Positions 1 to 12,750 of a stretch of DNA of 64,000 nt are shown here, one piece after another (position 1 is the stretch's first letter; each line of letters opens with the position of its first letter). Below the pieces are notes generated by a model. That model was not told the DNA's origin and searched no databases. It worked only from the letters and a program-made list of their open reading frames with translations. A program made the position numbers and the translations under genes. Source of the stretch: Felis catus (lineage: Eukaryota); assembly GCF_018350175.1 (NCBI RefSeq), contig NC_058383.1, positions 25,112,001-25,176,000 of the forward strand, given 5' to 3'.

Positions 1-129
1 AATTCTATATTTAAAACATGTTACTCTGATTTTTGGAGCAACCATTTTAATTTCAGAATCTTTAAAAGATTCATAAACGCCCAAGATTCCAGTTTAGCTA
101 AAATTAACTCACAAACATGGGAAAATGCA

Positions 130-572
130 AAAAGAAAACTATAGGAAGAGAAAACTATGCATCCATCAGATTGACAAAAATGAAAAACTCTGACAATAAC
201 AGATGATGCCAATGTGATGGAACAATGGGAATTCTCCTACCTTGCTAGTTGGAGCATAGATGGGTTCAATATCTTGAAAAATTGGGTTGTAGAATGTAGT
301 GTCAGTGTGAACTAACAATTCTTATTCCAGAAAAATGTGACAGAAATGCACGCTTATATGCACCAGGGTACATGTGCAATAATTCAATGCAGCACTAATC
401 ATCAATAACCCCAAAATAAAAACTACCCGAGTGTCCATTAATGGTAGAACTGAAAAAAATATGCAATGTTTTAATACAATGGGATATTATACAGCAATGA
501 AAATTAACTACAGCAACATGTAGCAACATACACACATCTTAAAAACATAATGTTGAAAAAAGAAGCCAGATA
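130..572 (+). mobile_element. Old L1M 3'-end fragment, host of the young L1; continues at about 5534-5850
   Basis: Degenerate ORF2 C-terminus/3' UTR text (gtgtccattaatggtagaa..., gggatattatacagcaatgaaaa) that resumes after the TSD. Confidence 0.7.
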
Positions 573-741
573 GCTGATCAAAAAGGATTTAAATAATATC
601 ACAGAAAGTGAATTTAGAATAATAGTCATAAAATTAATCGCTGGGCTTGAAAACAGTATACAGGACAGCAGAGAATCTCTTGCTACAGAGATCAAGGGAC
701 TAAGGAACAGTCACGAGGAGCTGAAAAACGCTTTAAACGAA

Positions 742-1407
742 ATGCATAACAAAATGGAAACCACCACAGCTCGGCTTGAAGAGACAGAGGAGAGAATAGG
801 TGAACTAGAGGATAAAGTTATGGAAAAAGAGGAAGCTGAGAAAAAGAGAGATAAAAAAATCCAGGAGTATGAGGGGAAAATTAGAGAACTAAGTGATACA
901 CTAAAAAGAAATAATATACGCATAATTGGTATCCCAGAGGAGGAAGAGAGAGGGAAAGGTGCTGAAGGGGTACTTGAAGAAATCATAGCTGAGAACTTCC
1001 CTGAACTGGGGAAGGAAAAAGGCATTGAAATCCAAGAGGCACAGAGAACTCCCTTCAGACGTAACTTGAATCGATCTTCTGCACGACATATCATAGTGAA
1101 ACTGGCAAAATACAAGGATAAAGAGAAAATTCTGAAAGCAGCAAGGGGTAAACATGCCCTCACATATAAAGGGAGACCTATAAGACTCGTGACTGATCTC
1201 TCTTTTGAAACTTGGCAGGCCAGAAAGAATTGGCACGAGATTTTCAGGGTGCTAGACAGAAAAAATATGCAGCCGAGAATCCTTTACCCAGCAAGTCTGT
1301 CATTTAGAATAGAAGGAGAGATAAAGGTTTTCCCAAACAAACAAAAACTGAAGGAATTTGTCACCACTAAACCAGCCCTACAAGAGATCCTAAGGGGGAC
1401 CCTGTGA
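742..1407 (+). CDS. L1 ORF1p (N-terminally truncated; coiled coil, RRM, CTD)
   Basis: [16 protein letters not shown], ARHIIVKL and [18 protein letters not shown] motifs; stop TGA 1405-1407; native start lost with the 5' truncation. Confidence 0.9.
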   Translation: MHNKMETTTARLEETEERIGELEDKVMEKEEAEKKRDKKIQEYEGKIRELSDTLKRNNIRIIGIPEEEERGKGAEGVLEEIIAENFPELGKEKGIEIQEAQRTPFRRNLNRSSARHIIVKLAKYKDKEKILKAARGKHALTYKGRPIRLVTDLSFETWQARKNWHEIFRVLDRKNMQPRILYPASLSFRIEGEIKVFPNKQKLKEFVTTKPALQEILRGTL

Positions 1408-1460
1408 GGAGACAAAGTCCCAGAGACATCACTACAAGCATAAAACATACAGACATCACA

Positions 1461-4400
1461 ATGACTCTCAACCTGTATCTTTCTATAATAACACTGAATG
1501 TAAATGGATTAAATGCACCAACCAAAAGACATAGGGTATCAGAATGGATAAAAAAACAAGACCCATCTATTTGCTGTCTACAAGAGACTCATTTTAGACC
1601 TGAGGACACCTTTAGATTGAGAGTGAGGGGATGGAGAACTATTTATCATGCGACTGGAAGCCAAAAGAAAGCTGGAGTAGCCATACTTATATCAGACAAA
1701 CTAGACTTTAAATTAAAGGCCGTAACAAGAGATGAAGAAGGACATTATATAATAGTTACAGGGTCTATCCATCAGGAAGAGCTAACAATTATAAATGTCT
1801 ATGCGCCGAATACCGGAGCCCCCAAATATATAAAACAATTACTCATAAACATAAGCAACCTTATTGATAAGAATGTGGTAATTGCAGGGGACTTTAACAC
1901 CCCACTCACAGAAATGGACAGATCATCTAGACACACGGTCAATAAAGAAACAAGGGCCCTGAATGAGACATTGGATCAGATGGACTTGACAGATATATTT
2001 AGAACGCTGCATCCCAAAGCAACAGAATATACTTTCTTCTCGAGTGCACATGGAACATTCTCCAAGATAGATCATATACTGGGTCACAAAACAGCCCTTC
2101 ATAAGTTTACAAGAATTGAAATTATACCATGCATACTTTCAGACCACAATGCTATGAAGCTTGAAATCAACCACAGGAAAAAGTCTGGAAAACCTCCAAA
2201 GGCATGGAGGTTAAAGAACACCCTACTAACGAATGAGTGGGTCAACCAGGCAATTAGAGAAGAAATTAAAAAATATATGGAAACAAACGAAAATGAAAAT
2301 ACAACAATCCAAACACTTTGGGACGCAGCGAAGGCAGTCCTGAGAGGAAAATACATTGCAATCCAGGCCTATCTCAAGAAACAAGAAAAATCCCAAATAC
2401 AAAATCTAACAGCACACCTAAAGGAACTAGAAGCAGAACAGCAAAGGCAGCCTAAACCCAGCAGAAGAAGAGAAATAATAAAGATCAGAGCAGAAATAAA
2501 CAATATAGAATCTAAAAAAACTGTAGAGCAGATCAACGAAACCAAGAGTTGGTTTTTTGAAAAAATAAACAAAATTGACAAACCTCTAGCCAGGCTTCTC
2601 AAAAAGAAAAGGGAAATGACCCAAATAGATAAAATCATGAATGAAAATGGAATTATTACAACCAATCCCTCAGAGATACAAACAATTATCAGGGAATACT
2701 AGGAAAAATTATATGCCAACAAATTGGACAACCTGGAAGAAATGGACAAATTCCTGAACACCCACACTCTTCCAAAACTCAATCAGGAGGAAATAGAAAG
2801 CTTGAACAGACCCATAACCAGCGAAGAAATTGAATCGGTTATCAAAAATCTCCCAACAAATAAGAGTCCAGGACCAGATGGCTTCCCAGGGGAGTTCTAC
2901 CAGACGTTTAAAGCAGAGATAATACCTATCCTTCTCAAGCTATTCCAAGAAATAGAAAGGGAAGGAAAACTTCCAGACTCATTCTATGAAGCCAGTATTA
3001 CTTTGATTCCTAAACCAGACAGAGACCCAGTCAAAAAAGAGAACTACAGGCCAATATCCCTGATGAATACGGATGCAAAAATTCTCAATAAGATACTAGC
3101 AAATCGAATTCAACGGCATATAAAAAGAATTATTCACCATGATCAAGTGGGATTCATTCCTGGGACGCAGGGCTGGTTCAACATCCGCAAATCAATCAAT
3201 GTGATACATCACATCAACAAAAAAAAAGAGAAGAACCATATGATCCTGTCAATCGATGCAGAAAAGGCCTTTGACAAAATCCAGCACCCTTTCTTAATAA
3301 AAACCCTTGAGAAAGTCGGGATAGAAGGAACATACTTAAAGATCATAAAAGCCATTTATGAAAAGCCCACAGCTAACATCATCCTCAACGGGGAAAAACT
3401 GAGAGCTTTTTCCCTGAGATCAGGAACACGACAAGGATGCCCACTCTCACCGCTGCTGTTTAACATAGTGCTGGAAGTTCTAGCATCAGCAATCAGACAA
3501 CAAAAGGAAATCAAAGGCATCAAAATTGGCAAAGACGAAGTCAAGCTTTCGCTTTTTGCAGATGACATGATATTATACATGGAAAATCCGATAGACTCCA
3601 CCAAAAGTCTACTAGAACTGATACATGAATTCAGCAAAGTTGCAGGATACAAAATCAATGTACAGAAATCAGTTGCATTCTTATACACTAACAATGAAGC
3701 AACAGAAAGACAAATAAAGAAACTGATCCCATTCACAATTGCACCAAGAAGCATAAAATACCTAGGAATAAATCTAACCAAAGATGTAAAGGATCTGTAT
3801 GCTGAAAACTATAGAAAGCTTATGAAGGAAATTGAAGATTTAAAGAAATGGAAAGACATTCCCTGCTCATGGATTGGAAAAATAAATATTGTCAAAATGT
3901 CAATACTACCCAAAGCTATCTACACATTCAATGCAATCCCAATAAAAATTGCACCAGCATTCTTCTCGAAACTAGAACAAGCAATCCTAAAATTCATATG
4001 GAACCACAAAAGGCCCCGAATAGCCAAAGGAATTTTGAAGAAGAAGACCAAAGCAGGAGGCATCACAATCCCAGACTTTAGCCTCTACTACAAAGCTGTC
4101 ATCATCAAGACAGCATGGTATTGGCACAGAAACAGACACATAGACCAATGGAATAGAATAGAAACCCCAGAACTAGACCCACAAACGTATGGCCAACTCA
4201 TCTTCGACAAAGCAGGAAAGAACATCCAATGGAAAAAAGACAGCCTCTTTAACAAATGGTGCTGGGAGAACTGGACAGCAACATGCAGAAGGTTGAAACT
4301 AGACCACTTTCTCACACCATTCACAAAAATAAACTCCAAATGGATAAAGGACCTAAATGTGAGACAGGAAACCATCAAAACCTTAGAGGAGAAAGCAGGA

Positions 4401-5282
4401 AAAGACCTCTCTGACCTCAGCCGTAGCAATCTCTTACTCGACACATCCCCAAAGGCAAGGGAATTAAAAGCAAAAGTGAATTACTGGGACCTTATGAAGA
4501 TAAAAAGCTTCTGCACAGCAAAGGAAACAACCAACAAAACCAAAAGGCAACCAACGGAATGGGAAAAGATATTCGCAAATGACATATCGGACAAAGGGCT
4601 AGTATCCAAAATCTATAAAGAGCTCACCAAACTCCACACCCGAAAAACAAATAACCCAGTGAACAAATGGGCAGAAAACATGAATAGACACTTCTCTAAA
4701 GAAGACATCCGGATGGCCAACAGGCACATGAAAAGATGTTCAGCGTCGCTCCTTATCAGGGAAATACAAATCAAAACCACACTCAGGTATCACCTCACGC
4801 CAGTCAGAGTGGCCAAAATGAACAAATCAGGAGACTCTAGATGCTGGAGAGGATGTGGAGAAACGGGAACCCTCTTGCACTGTTGGTGGGAATGCAAATT
4901 GGTGCAGCCGCTCTGGAAAGCAGTGTGGAGGTTCCTCAGAAAATTAAAAATAGACCTACCCTATGACCCAGCAATAGCACTGCTAGGAATTTATCCAAGG
5001 GATACAGGAGTACTGATGCATAGGGCCACTTGTACCCCAATGTTCATAGCAGCACTCTCAACAATAGCCAAATTATGGAAAGAGCCTAAATGTCCATCAG
5101 TTGATGAATGGATAAAGAAATTGTGGTTTATATACACAATGGAATATTACGTGGCAATGAGAAAAAATGAAATATGGCCTTTTGTAGCAACGTGGATGGA
5201 ACTGGAGAGTGTGATGCTAAGTGAAATAAGCCATACAGAGAAAGACAGATACCATATGGTTTCACTCTTATGTGGACCCTGA
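1461..5282 (+). pseudogene. L1 ORF2 (endonuclease, RT, CCHC) interrupted by a single in-frame TAG at 2700-2702
   Basis: MTLN...[22 protein letters not shown] endonuclease motifs; QGCPLSP and LFADD RT motifs; CWRGC...H...C knuckle; both segments are in the same frame. Confidence 0.95.
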
Positions 5283-6086
5283 GAAATTAACAGGAACCCA
5301 TGGGGGAGGGGAAGGAAAAAAAAAAAAAAACAGGTTAGAGTGGGAGAGAGCCAAAGCATAAGAGACTCTTAAAAACTGAGAACAAACTGAGGGTTGATGG
5401 GGGGTGGGAGGGAGGAGAGGGTGGGTGATGGGTAATGAGGAGGGCACCTTTTGGGATGAGCACTGGGTGTTGTATGGAAACTAATTTGTCAATAAATTTC
5501 ATATAAAAAAAAAAAAAAAAAAGAAGCCAGATATTCCAGAATAATGTATGATTACATGCATAAAGTTCAAAGGAAAGTAAAATATAATAATTTGTTTAGG
5601 GTTATTTCCTTAGGAGGTTATCTGTAAGGGAAAATAAGGAAATTAACACCACAAAAGTCAAGATATGAGTTCCTTTAGTGGAGATAGGGAGTCAAGAAGA
5701 TATCTCTGGGGTGTGGGCAATATTCTATTTTTGTGACTCATGTGAGTGGTGACATAGGTGTTTTGTTTTCAACAATTCATTAATCTATAAATTTATGTGT
5801 TATGTATTTTTCTGTATGTTTGTCCTTTCATAAGAAAAATGTTCAAAAATAATAAACCTACAATAATGCAAGACTCACTTAGCATTTCATTTGGATCTCT
5901 TAGTCCTGCTTTAAGGAATCAATTAGACTGACTAATGATAATTAGTCAACACTTAACTTACCACACACACACCTGCACACCCCTCAAAGAACCACAGTTA
6001 AAAAGTCAGATCACAGTAGGTTGGATTCCTTAAATTCCTACCCAAAGATTGTTATGACCAGCCAGCCACCACCACTTCTACCATAC

Positions 6087-6166
6087 CTGGTAGAAATCTG
6101 CTGTAGAACCATTCGATACACAGCTGGCGCACCAAGGCACATGGTGATGGGGTATTTGAACAATGT
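6087..6166 (-). CDS. ACSM1: ACSM1 coding exon 6 (80 nt); gene continues beyond window start
   Basis: ctcactttctag| acceptor, AG|GTATGG donor; [26 protein letters not shown] resembles ACSM1 TLxKYPI...YRMxLQQ. Confidence 0.92.
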
Positions 6167-7009
6167 CTAGAAAGTGAGGAGAGAAGGAATTTTATTCTTA
6201 TAGTAAGGATTTAAAATATCGGCTATTAACATTTTCATTTGGATCTCCCCTGTAAGACAGCCCAGTAGTCATTTGTTACTTTTTTCAATATACCTATATT
6301 GAGCATGAATTTTGTGCATAGCATGTATCAGGCACTGTTGGGGGGAATGAAAAAAGAGTTAGATAATATTCCAACTGGGAATTTGTACTAATAATAGAGG
6401 AGATAAAACAGGACTCAAATGGTAAGGCAGAAATTGGTAGATGTCATAAGAGATACTGGAAGGAGAACTTAACAGAGGGAAATACTCCTTCTGATTGGGT
6501 GATCCAGGGACCTCATGGAACAGGTGGCATTTAGTTGTGGTATTTAACAAATGGATATGGTCTCTATAGGCAGAGGAATGGAGGAGGTTCTTGCAGGTAG
6601 AACGAGTAACAGGAGCAAAGTCTCCAGGATTGAAGAAACACTTAGGTATAGTCAAAAGATGGTTTATTTAGACAGGAGAGGCACAATAAGTAACTTTAGG
6701 AAGACTGAGGTTAGATTTAGACACGTGAAGGGCAGGAAGTAAATTGAGGATGATTGACCTTAGTTGGAGATCAGATAGAGTCTAAAATGTCTGGTATTCA
6801 CCATTGTTTTGCTAGAAGTGGGAGTCTTTCAGTTTCGGATCAGGGTGGAGATACCCTGTGAGGGCAAGAACACTGAAGAGGAGAGAATGTGGGTTTGGGG
6901 TCTGCCTGCCTGACTTCAATCCTGTTACTTAATTCCTCTGCAATTCTGTTCCCTTATTTGTAAAATGGGAATATATATACCTTCCATGCAGAACCATAGG
7001 GAAGAGGAA

Positions 7010-7150
7010 TGGGCACAGAGAGAGAGAATCTCAAGCAGCTTCTCTGCTCAATGTGGAGCCTGACACAGAGCTCGATCCCAGAACCCTGGGATCATGACCT
7101 GAGCCAACATCAAGAGTCAGTCACTCAGCCAACTGAGCCACCTAGGGGCG
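7010..7150 (-). mobile_element. Can-SINE, older partial copy
   Basis: gatcatgacctgagcc...aactgagccacc core. Confidence 0.8.
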
Positions 7151-7180
7151 GCAGTCCCTCTCTTTCTGAGTCCAATTAAC

Positions 7181-7290
7181 TTCCTTCTTTCTTTCCTTCC
7201 TTCCTTCCTTCCTTCCTTCCTTCCTTCCTTCCTTCCTTCCATCCATCTGTCCTTCCTCCCTCCCTTCCTTTGTTCATTCATTCCTTCCTT
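7181..7290. repeat. (TTCC)n microsatellite
   Basis: Direct reading. Confidence 0.95.
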
Positions 7291-7309
7291 TCTTGTCTCC
7301 CTGTCTTTC

Positions 7310-8163
7310 TTTCCCGTGTAATTAACATACAGTGTTATATTAGTTTCAGATGTACAATATACTGATTCAACAATTCTATGTATGACTCATTGCTCATCAC
7401 GAGAAATATATTCTTAATCCCCTTCACCTATCACCTATTTCACCCGTCCCCCCCACTTCCCCTCTGGTAACCATCAGTTTATTCTATATAGTTAAGAGTC
7501 TGTTTTTTGGTCTCTTTTTTCTCTTTGTTCCTTTTGTTTCTTAAATTCCATATGAGTAAAATCATATGGTATTTGTCTTTCTCTTACTGATTTAGCATTA
7601 TACCCTCTAGATCCATCCAAGGTGTTGAAAATGGCAAGATTTCATTATTTTTTTATGGCTGAGTAATATTCCATCATATATATAGACACACATACATATA
7701 CCACATCTTCTTTATCCATTTATCTATGGATGAACACTTGATCTGCTTCCATAATGTGGCTATTGTAAATAATGCTGCAATAAATATGGGGGTGCATATA
7801 TCCTTTGGAAATAGTGTTTGCATATTATTTGAGTAGACACTCACTAGTACAATTAATGAGTCATGTGGTAATTCTATTTTTAATTTTTTGAGGAACTCCA
7901 TACTGTTTTCCATAGTGGCTACACCAGCTTGCACTCCTACCAACAGTGCATGATGGTTGCTCTTTTTCCACATCCTCGCCAACACCTGTTGTTTGTTGTC
8001 TTTTTTATTTTAGCCATTCTGACAGGTGTGGGGTTATATCTCTTTGTGGTTTTGATTTATATTTCCCTGACAAGGAGTGATGGTGAGCATCTTTTCATGT
8101 GTCTGTTGGCCATCTGGATGTCTTCTTTAGAGAAATGTCTGCTCATGTTCTGCTCATTTTTTT
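7310..8163 (-). mobile_element. Carnivore L1 3'-end fragment
   Basis: Minus-strand ORF has LKIELPHD...CTPIFIAALFTIA..WKQIKCSSIDKWIKKMWY, followed by L1 3' UTR. Confidence 0.88.
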
Positions 8164-8284
8164 AAGTAGGTTTCACTCCTAGCATGGAGCCCAATGTGGG
8201 GCTTGAACTCACAACCCTGACATCAAGACCTGAGCTGAAATCAAGAGTAGGACACTTAACTGACTAGGCCACCAAGGCGCCCCA
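8164..8284 (-). mobile_element. Can-SINE, partial
   Basis: ggggcttgaactcac...gacctgagctga...ggcgcccc. Confidence 0.8.
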
Positions 8285-9550
8285 GAAGTGAAAAATAAAT
8301 CAAAATAATTAAACTTTCAAATGCTGCTGTTTGTGTCTTCGTGTGTGTGTGTGTGTATGTGTGTGTGTATGTAAATTTGTGTAATTGATAATTTGAACTA
8401 ATTCAAGCTTAAAACACACTGAGACCTTGGAGACACCCATGTACTAGTGGAGGAGGGGAGGGGAAAGGTGGATTCGGTGTTCTTTGTGCAGCTTTAAGCC
8501 TCAGAGACTGGCAGGATGTGAGCAGTGAACAATGATGGGGAGGCAGATATTGACATGAGGTGAGGAATGAGAAATGGGAAATGTAGTCTGACGTGCTGGA
8601 GGGATCATCAGATGGACCTGGGGTAGAAAAACAAGGGGGAATTTGCATGGAGGGAGAAGACTAGACCCAAGGTACAGTTTTGAAAGCCCCTTGAATGGAT
8701 GCCCATGCTGGTGAAATGGAAGTAGAGGAGATTTTTTAGAAGGAAGAAGAAGGGTGAGGACAGACGCTTGTAGGGCTGCAGTGTTTAGGAGTAAGGTGGG
8801 TGAAGAGGATGTGGCTGGAGCAAGCGGAGAATGTTCTACGGAGAAATTTGATACCAAGGGAGGAAAGACTGGGTTGGTCCAGTGTGTAGCCAAGTAAAGG
8901 GAAGGTATTTTTCAGGATGAGGAACTTTGAACATGTTTATGGACTAAGGGGGAATACAGTTCATGAAGACGAAGAGGTTGAAAACACGGGAGAAAAGAGT
9001 TAATGGATGATAGATTAATGGAGACGGGGAAGTGAGGGGTTGAAAATACAGGAGAAAAGGTTTAATGGATGCAAGATTAATGAGAAGGGCTCCTAACAGA
9101 AGGACAGAGAAAAGAACAAGATCTGCAGGGGCTGTGGGGAGGGGACTGAACTTTGAGAGGTGGAGGGGCAGGTCTACCTCTGAGATGGAAAACACATTTT
9201 CAGGTGAATGGAAGTACAACAAGAGGGTTCACACGGGTGACTTGAGTTATTACTGTGAGATACACCTAACAGGAACAGCAGCCATCACTGCATGCCGGGT
9301 GCCTCTGAGTGCCAACTCAGGGCTAAGCACTTCACCCACTTCTCCTGTACCATCTCATTTATATTTCAACAATTTTGTGACATAGGAATTATTAAAACTC
9401 CCATTTTACAGATGAGGAAACTGAGGCTCACAGTAGCAAGTAAACCACAAATAAATGTCAAATGTGGCATGAGAAGCCAGATTTGCATTTTCTAGGGGCT
9501 CTGTTTTTAAACCCTTCATTAAATTGAGCAACTGCAATAACAACAAAACA

Positions 9551-9554
<4 letters not shown>

Positions 9555-9591
<37 letters not shown>
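9555..9591. repeat. (CA)n microsatellite
   Basis: Direct reading. Confidence 0.95.
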
Positions 9592-9595
<4 letters not shown>

Positions 9596-9941
9596 CAGCT
9601 ATCTGGTCTGGCAGATACAGGGTCCAGGATCCAGGAGACATGAGCTTTCTCTGGTTGGTTTAATCTCTTAAAATGTTTATTCAGGGTTCCAAGCCCACAA
9701 AATCTGATCCATAGGCCTGGGGAAGGGCTTGGAATATGTATTTTCTTCAAGGTTTCATGTAGTGTTATTCTTAAACAGTAACTAATTCAGTGTTCTGCAC
9801 TTTGAGAAACCCAGAACCAGGGTTATATTACGCTAATGAGACTTTTTGCTAAATAAAATATTTCTCAGCAGGCCAGCTTTTGAGTTTGAAACATGAGTTT
9901 CTTCTAGGAGTTTGTTGATAGTGGAAGGTTTGTCTTCTTAC

Positions 9942-10101
9942 CTGTTGAATGACCTTGGGGTCAAACTGGGGCAGATGATGGATGAAGAGTGTAGACCCTG
10001 ATGTCCATGGTTCAAACAGGCACCCCAAGACAGCCAGAATCCAGCCTGGGTCCGAAATGCACCACAAGACATCAGATGTCTTCAGTTGTAGAAATTTCCT
10101 G
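9942..10101 (-). CDS. ACSM1: ACSM1 coding exon 5 (160 nt)
   Basis: TAGCAG tandem acceptor, CAG|GTAAGA donor; [53 protein letters not shown]; phase 2 to 0. Confidence 0.93.
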
Positions 10102-12131
10102 CTAACTCCAAAATACAGTGACTTCAGCTAGGTGATCATGAGAATGTGATCAAGGGCCGGGGACTCTGATTTTCAGGGGTGACCCACCTCTCATTCTCAG
10201 TGCATGTGGTTTGAGTGGGCTCCAGACACACTCCCACCCCAGGTCCCTAAAGCATGCCAAATCCTATTTTCTGGTCATGTGTGATTTCAATGGGTTTAGT
10301 TATAATGATCCTAAAGGCTGGGAATTGACTCTGTTACTTATATAGTCCTAGGTAATGCTGGCAGCCATTTGGGCATAACAAGGGATAAGCCTTTCTTAGA
10401 AGAGCAACAAAACACATCAGATGGAGAGATAAAAACCTGATCCAGAGACTCTAGCTATGTCTGAAGCCAAACCCTGGAGTGCCCTGCCTCATGATCCAAT
10501 AAATTCCTTTATTCACTTTTAGGCTTAAAGAGGTTGAGATTGGGCTTTCTGTCATTTATGATGGAGAAAGAGAGAGAGGGAGAGAGAGATAGAAATAAAG
10601 AAAGAGAGAGAAAGACCCCTAATTAATACCCCATCTTGGCAAGGACTGGAAACAATTATCCAATAGGCAGTAATTAGAAAGCGGGGTGGGAAAGGTTTCT
10701 CATTTCTCTATCCTATCTTAGTGATTCTGAGGGATGTCTGTGTGCATAATTCCTTGAGAAAACACAATCCTCCCATAGCTATGGGAGCTTTACTAACTAT
10801 TTACTATTAGTAATAGTTTACTATTTACTAAACTATGGCTTTGAGGAGCTTTACTATTAACAGGAGCTTTACTAACTATTTACTATTAACTTTAATAAAC
10901 AATCCACCCTCCCTCATCCCAGCCCTCTTAGGATTGTGGCTCACCCACAGAATACTACTAGCTGGGAAGACCTGTCTTCTCAGTTTCAGACCCAACTACC
11001 CACTGAACATCTCTTCTGCAGTGTCCCTCAGGCACCTCAAACCCAGCAGATCCTAACCCCTTCTGCTTCCCTTCATCTTGCAGCCACAGTGATCTTTTCA
11101 AAACACAAATCTGATCAGGTCTTTCCCTTGCTAAAATACATCCCATTACTCCAATACCTCTCCAATCATCTGCCTAAAAAACTCTAAACTCTACACCAAG
11201 GCCCACAAGATCCTGAGCCCTGCTCACTGGTTCCCAACTCCTCCCATATGTCTCTTAGCCCACACCCTGAGCACCAGCTATCCTCAAGTGTCTGTAGTTC
11301 TATAATGCTACTTTTAATATCTTTGTGCCTGTGCTCTTGTTATTCAGACTGCACAGAAAGCCTCTGCCTTCTTTCCACCCCTATTCCTCCAGGGTTTCGC
11401 TACTCAATTGCTACCATTGCAAACTGCTGCATCTACACAGATAGTCACTGTCCACAAAAAGCCTTGTCTGCCCTCTGGTCTGGTTAGTAAGTTAGAAAAT
11501 ATATAGAACTTGATCTGGTGTGAATATTACTATCTGAGGTAGGGACAGATGGGAGAAGAGGCTCAGTTAAACGTTGATTAAGTGATTAACCCAAGGCTAC
11601 AGTTTCAGCCTCTATGACTGTTCTAGGTTAGGGGGAGTGGCATGTTGTGGCTTGGTTCCAGGTATTCTTTGTCCTGAAAGCTCATGACTGGGTAACTCCA
11701 AGTTTCATGTGTTCATAACTGGGAAGAGGAAAGGACCTGCCACTTCAGGTGGCATTGTTCAAACATTGTGTCTTTTACCACCAAACCCTGAGTCAATTGA
11801 GAGGGACACAATGGCTTGTCATTTGTGTGGTTTGCTGAATGCGGGCACACATTTCCTACACACCTCTTGTTAAGGTGCTCAGGCAGGACCTAAATGTGCC
11901 TCCTTTGTCATCAGAGGCCTCTGTCAGCAAACCGTTAGCATACCAAGTGTCTACATCTCAAGACTCTCAGGAGTCTGAACCAAAGAGCCCAGAGGGAAGA
12001 AACAGGATGGAGTCAATTCTACTTAGAGCTCTTTTCCCAACACACGTGTGCTCACACACACACACATGCACACATACACACACCACCCCAGATCTGTGGC
12101 TCAGCATCTAAGTCAATGCCTTCTTTCCTAC

Positions 12132-12272
12132 CATGAAGGCAGAGAGGATCGCAAGGCAAGTCCATGACTGTGTTTCGCCATCTTGGGAAGGCCTGTTGTC
12201 CCACTGGTGAAGAAGATGGCCATTGGGTCCAGTGTCTTTGACTTAATACAGGTGTGATCTGGGGATGCTGAT
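12132..12272 (-). CDS. ACSM1: ACSM1 coding exon 4 (141 nt; AMP-binding P-loop)
   Basis: ccctttgcag| acceptor, TG|GTAGGA donor; [46 protein letters not shown] contains the adenylate-forming signature FTSGTTGxPK; phase 2 to 2. Confidence 0.95.
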
Positions 12273-12499
12273 CTGCAAAGGGATTCAGTACAAAAGGGGA
12301 GAAGTCACGTTTCCTGCTTTGGGATCCCTGGGGATCCAATATGAGGGGCTTGGAGTCAGAAAAATGGAGGTTTACAACACTGGAGGAAAAACCAGTTCTC
12401 CTTGTATTAAGAATCAAACGGAATTTGTGAGTGACTTGGATAAGTAGACTGACATTTATTCATTTACAAAAGGGGGGAAATATAGTGGAATATTTTTAA

Positions 12500-12750
12500 C
12501 ATAACAAACATTGAAATAGCACTTACTATCTTTCAGGCACTGCTCTAAGTGACTTACAAATAAGAACTCATTCAATCTTCAGAGCAACCCTAAAAGAGAA
12601 GTACTGCTTTTATTGTGCCCATTTTGTGGAGGAGGAAACTGAGGCTCAGAAAGGTTACATTACTTGCCTGAAGACATTTGGCCAGCATGTGGCACAGCCA
12701 GGATTCAAATTCAGTCTGATCCACAGACTGTGCTCTTAACCACACTGCTA
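12500..12750 (-). mobile_element. MIR SINE; one of many MIR fragments (for example about 9300-9490, 30440-30640, 34070-34310, 36660-36920, 52890-53080, 63070-63280)
   Basis: MIR core cccatttt..gaggaaactgaggctcaga. Confidence 0.75.

Larger units (their letters stand above)
573..5522 (+). mobile_element. Young 5'-truncated felid LINE-1 (about 4.95 kb) in an ACSM1 intron, antisense to the gene
   Basis: Starts inside ORF1; ORF1, ORF2, G-rich 3' UTR, AATAAA and pure poly(A); perfect TSD AAAAAAGAAGCCAGATA at 556-572 and 5517-5533. Confidence 0.97.

Noticed and set aside
1371..1460. ORF2 frame is open through the inter-ORF spacer and overlaps the ORF1 end in both long L1s, suggesting a frameshift fusion
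   Set aside because: The overlap is short (stop at 1368-1370) and I see no XXXYYYZ slippery heptamer; the ATG at 1461 explains ORF2.
711..4444. Several minus-strand ORFs of 85-150 aa over the L1, repeated in the second L1
   Set aside because: Antisense shadows of A-rich L1 coding sequence; their recurrence reflects L1 homology only.
6087..6110. QQIST in place of human QQDFT, resembling compensating indels in ACSM1
   Set aside because: Exon length (80 nt) and frame are preserved and the segment is probably variable among mammals; no sign of gene damage.
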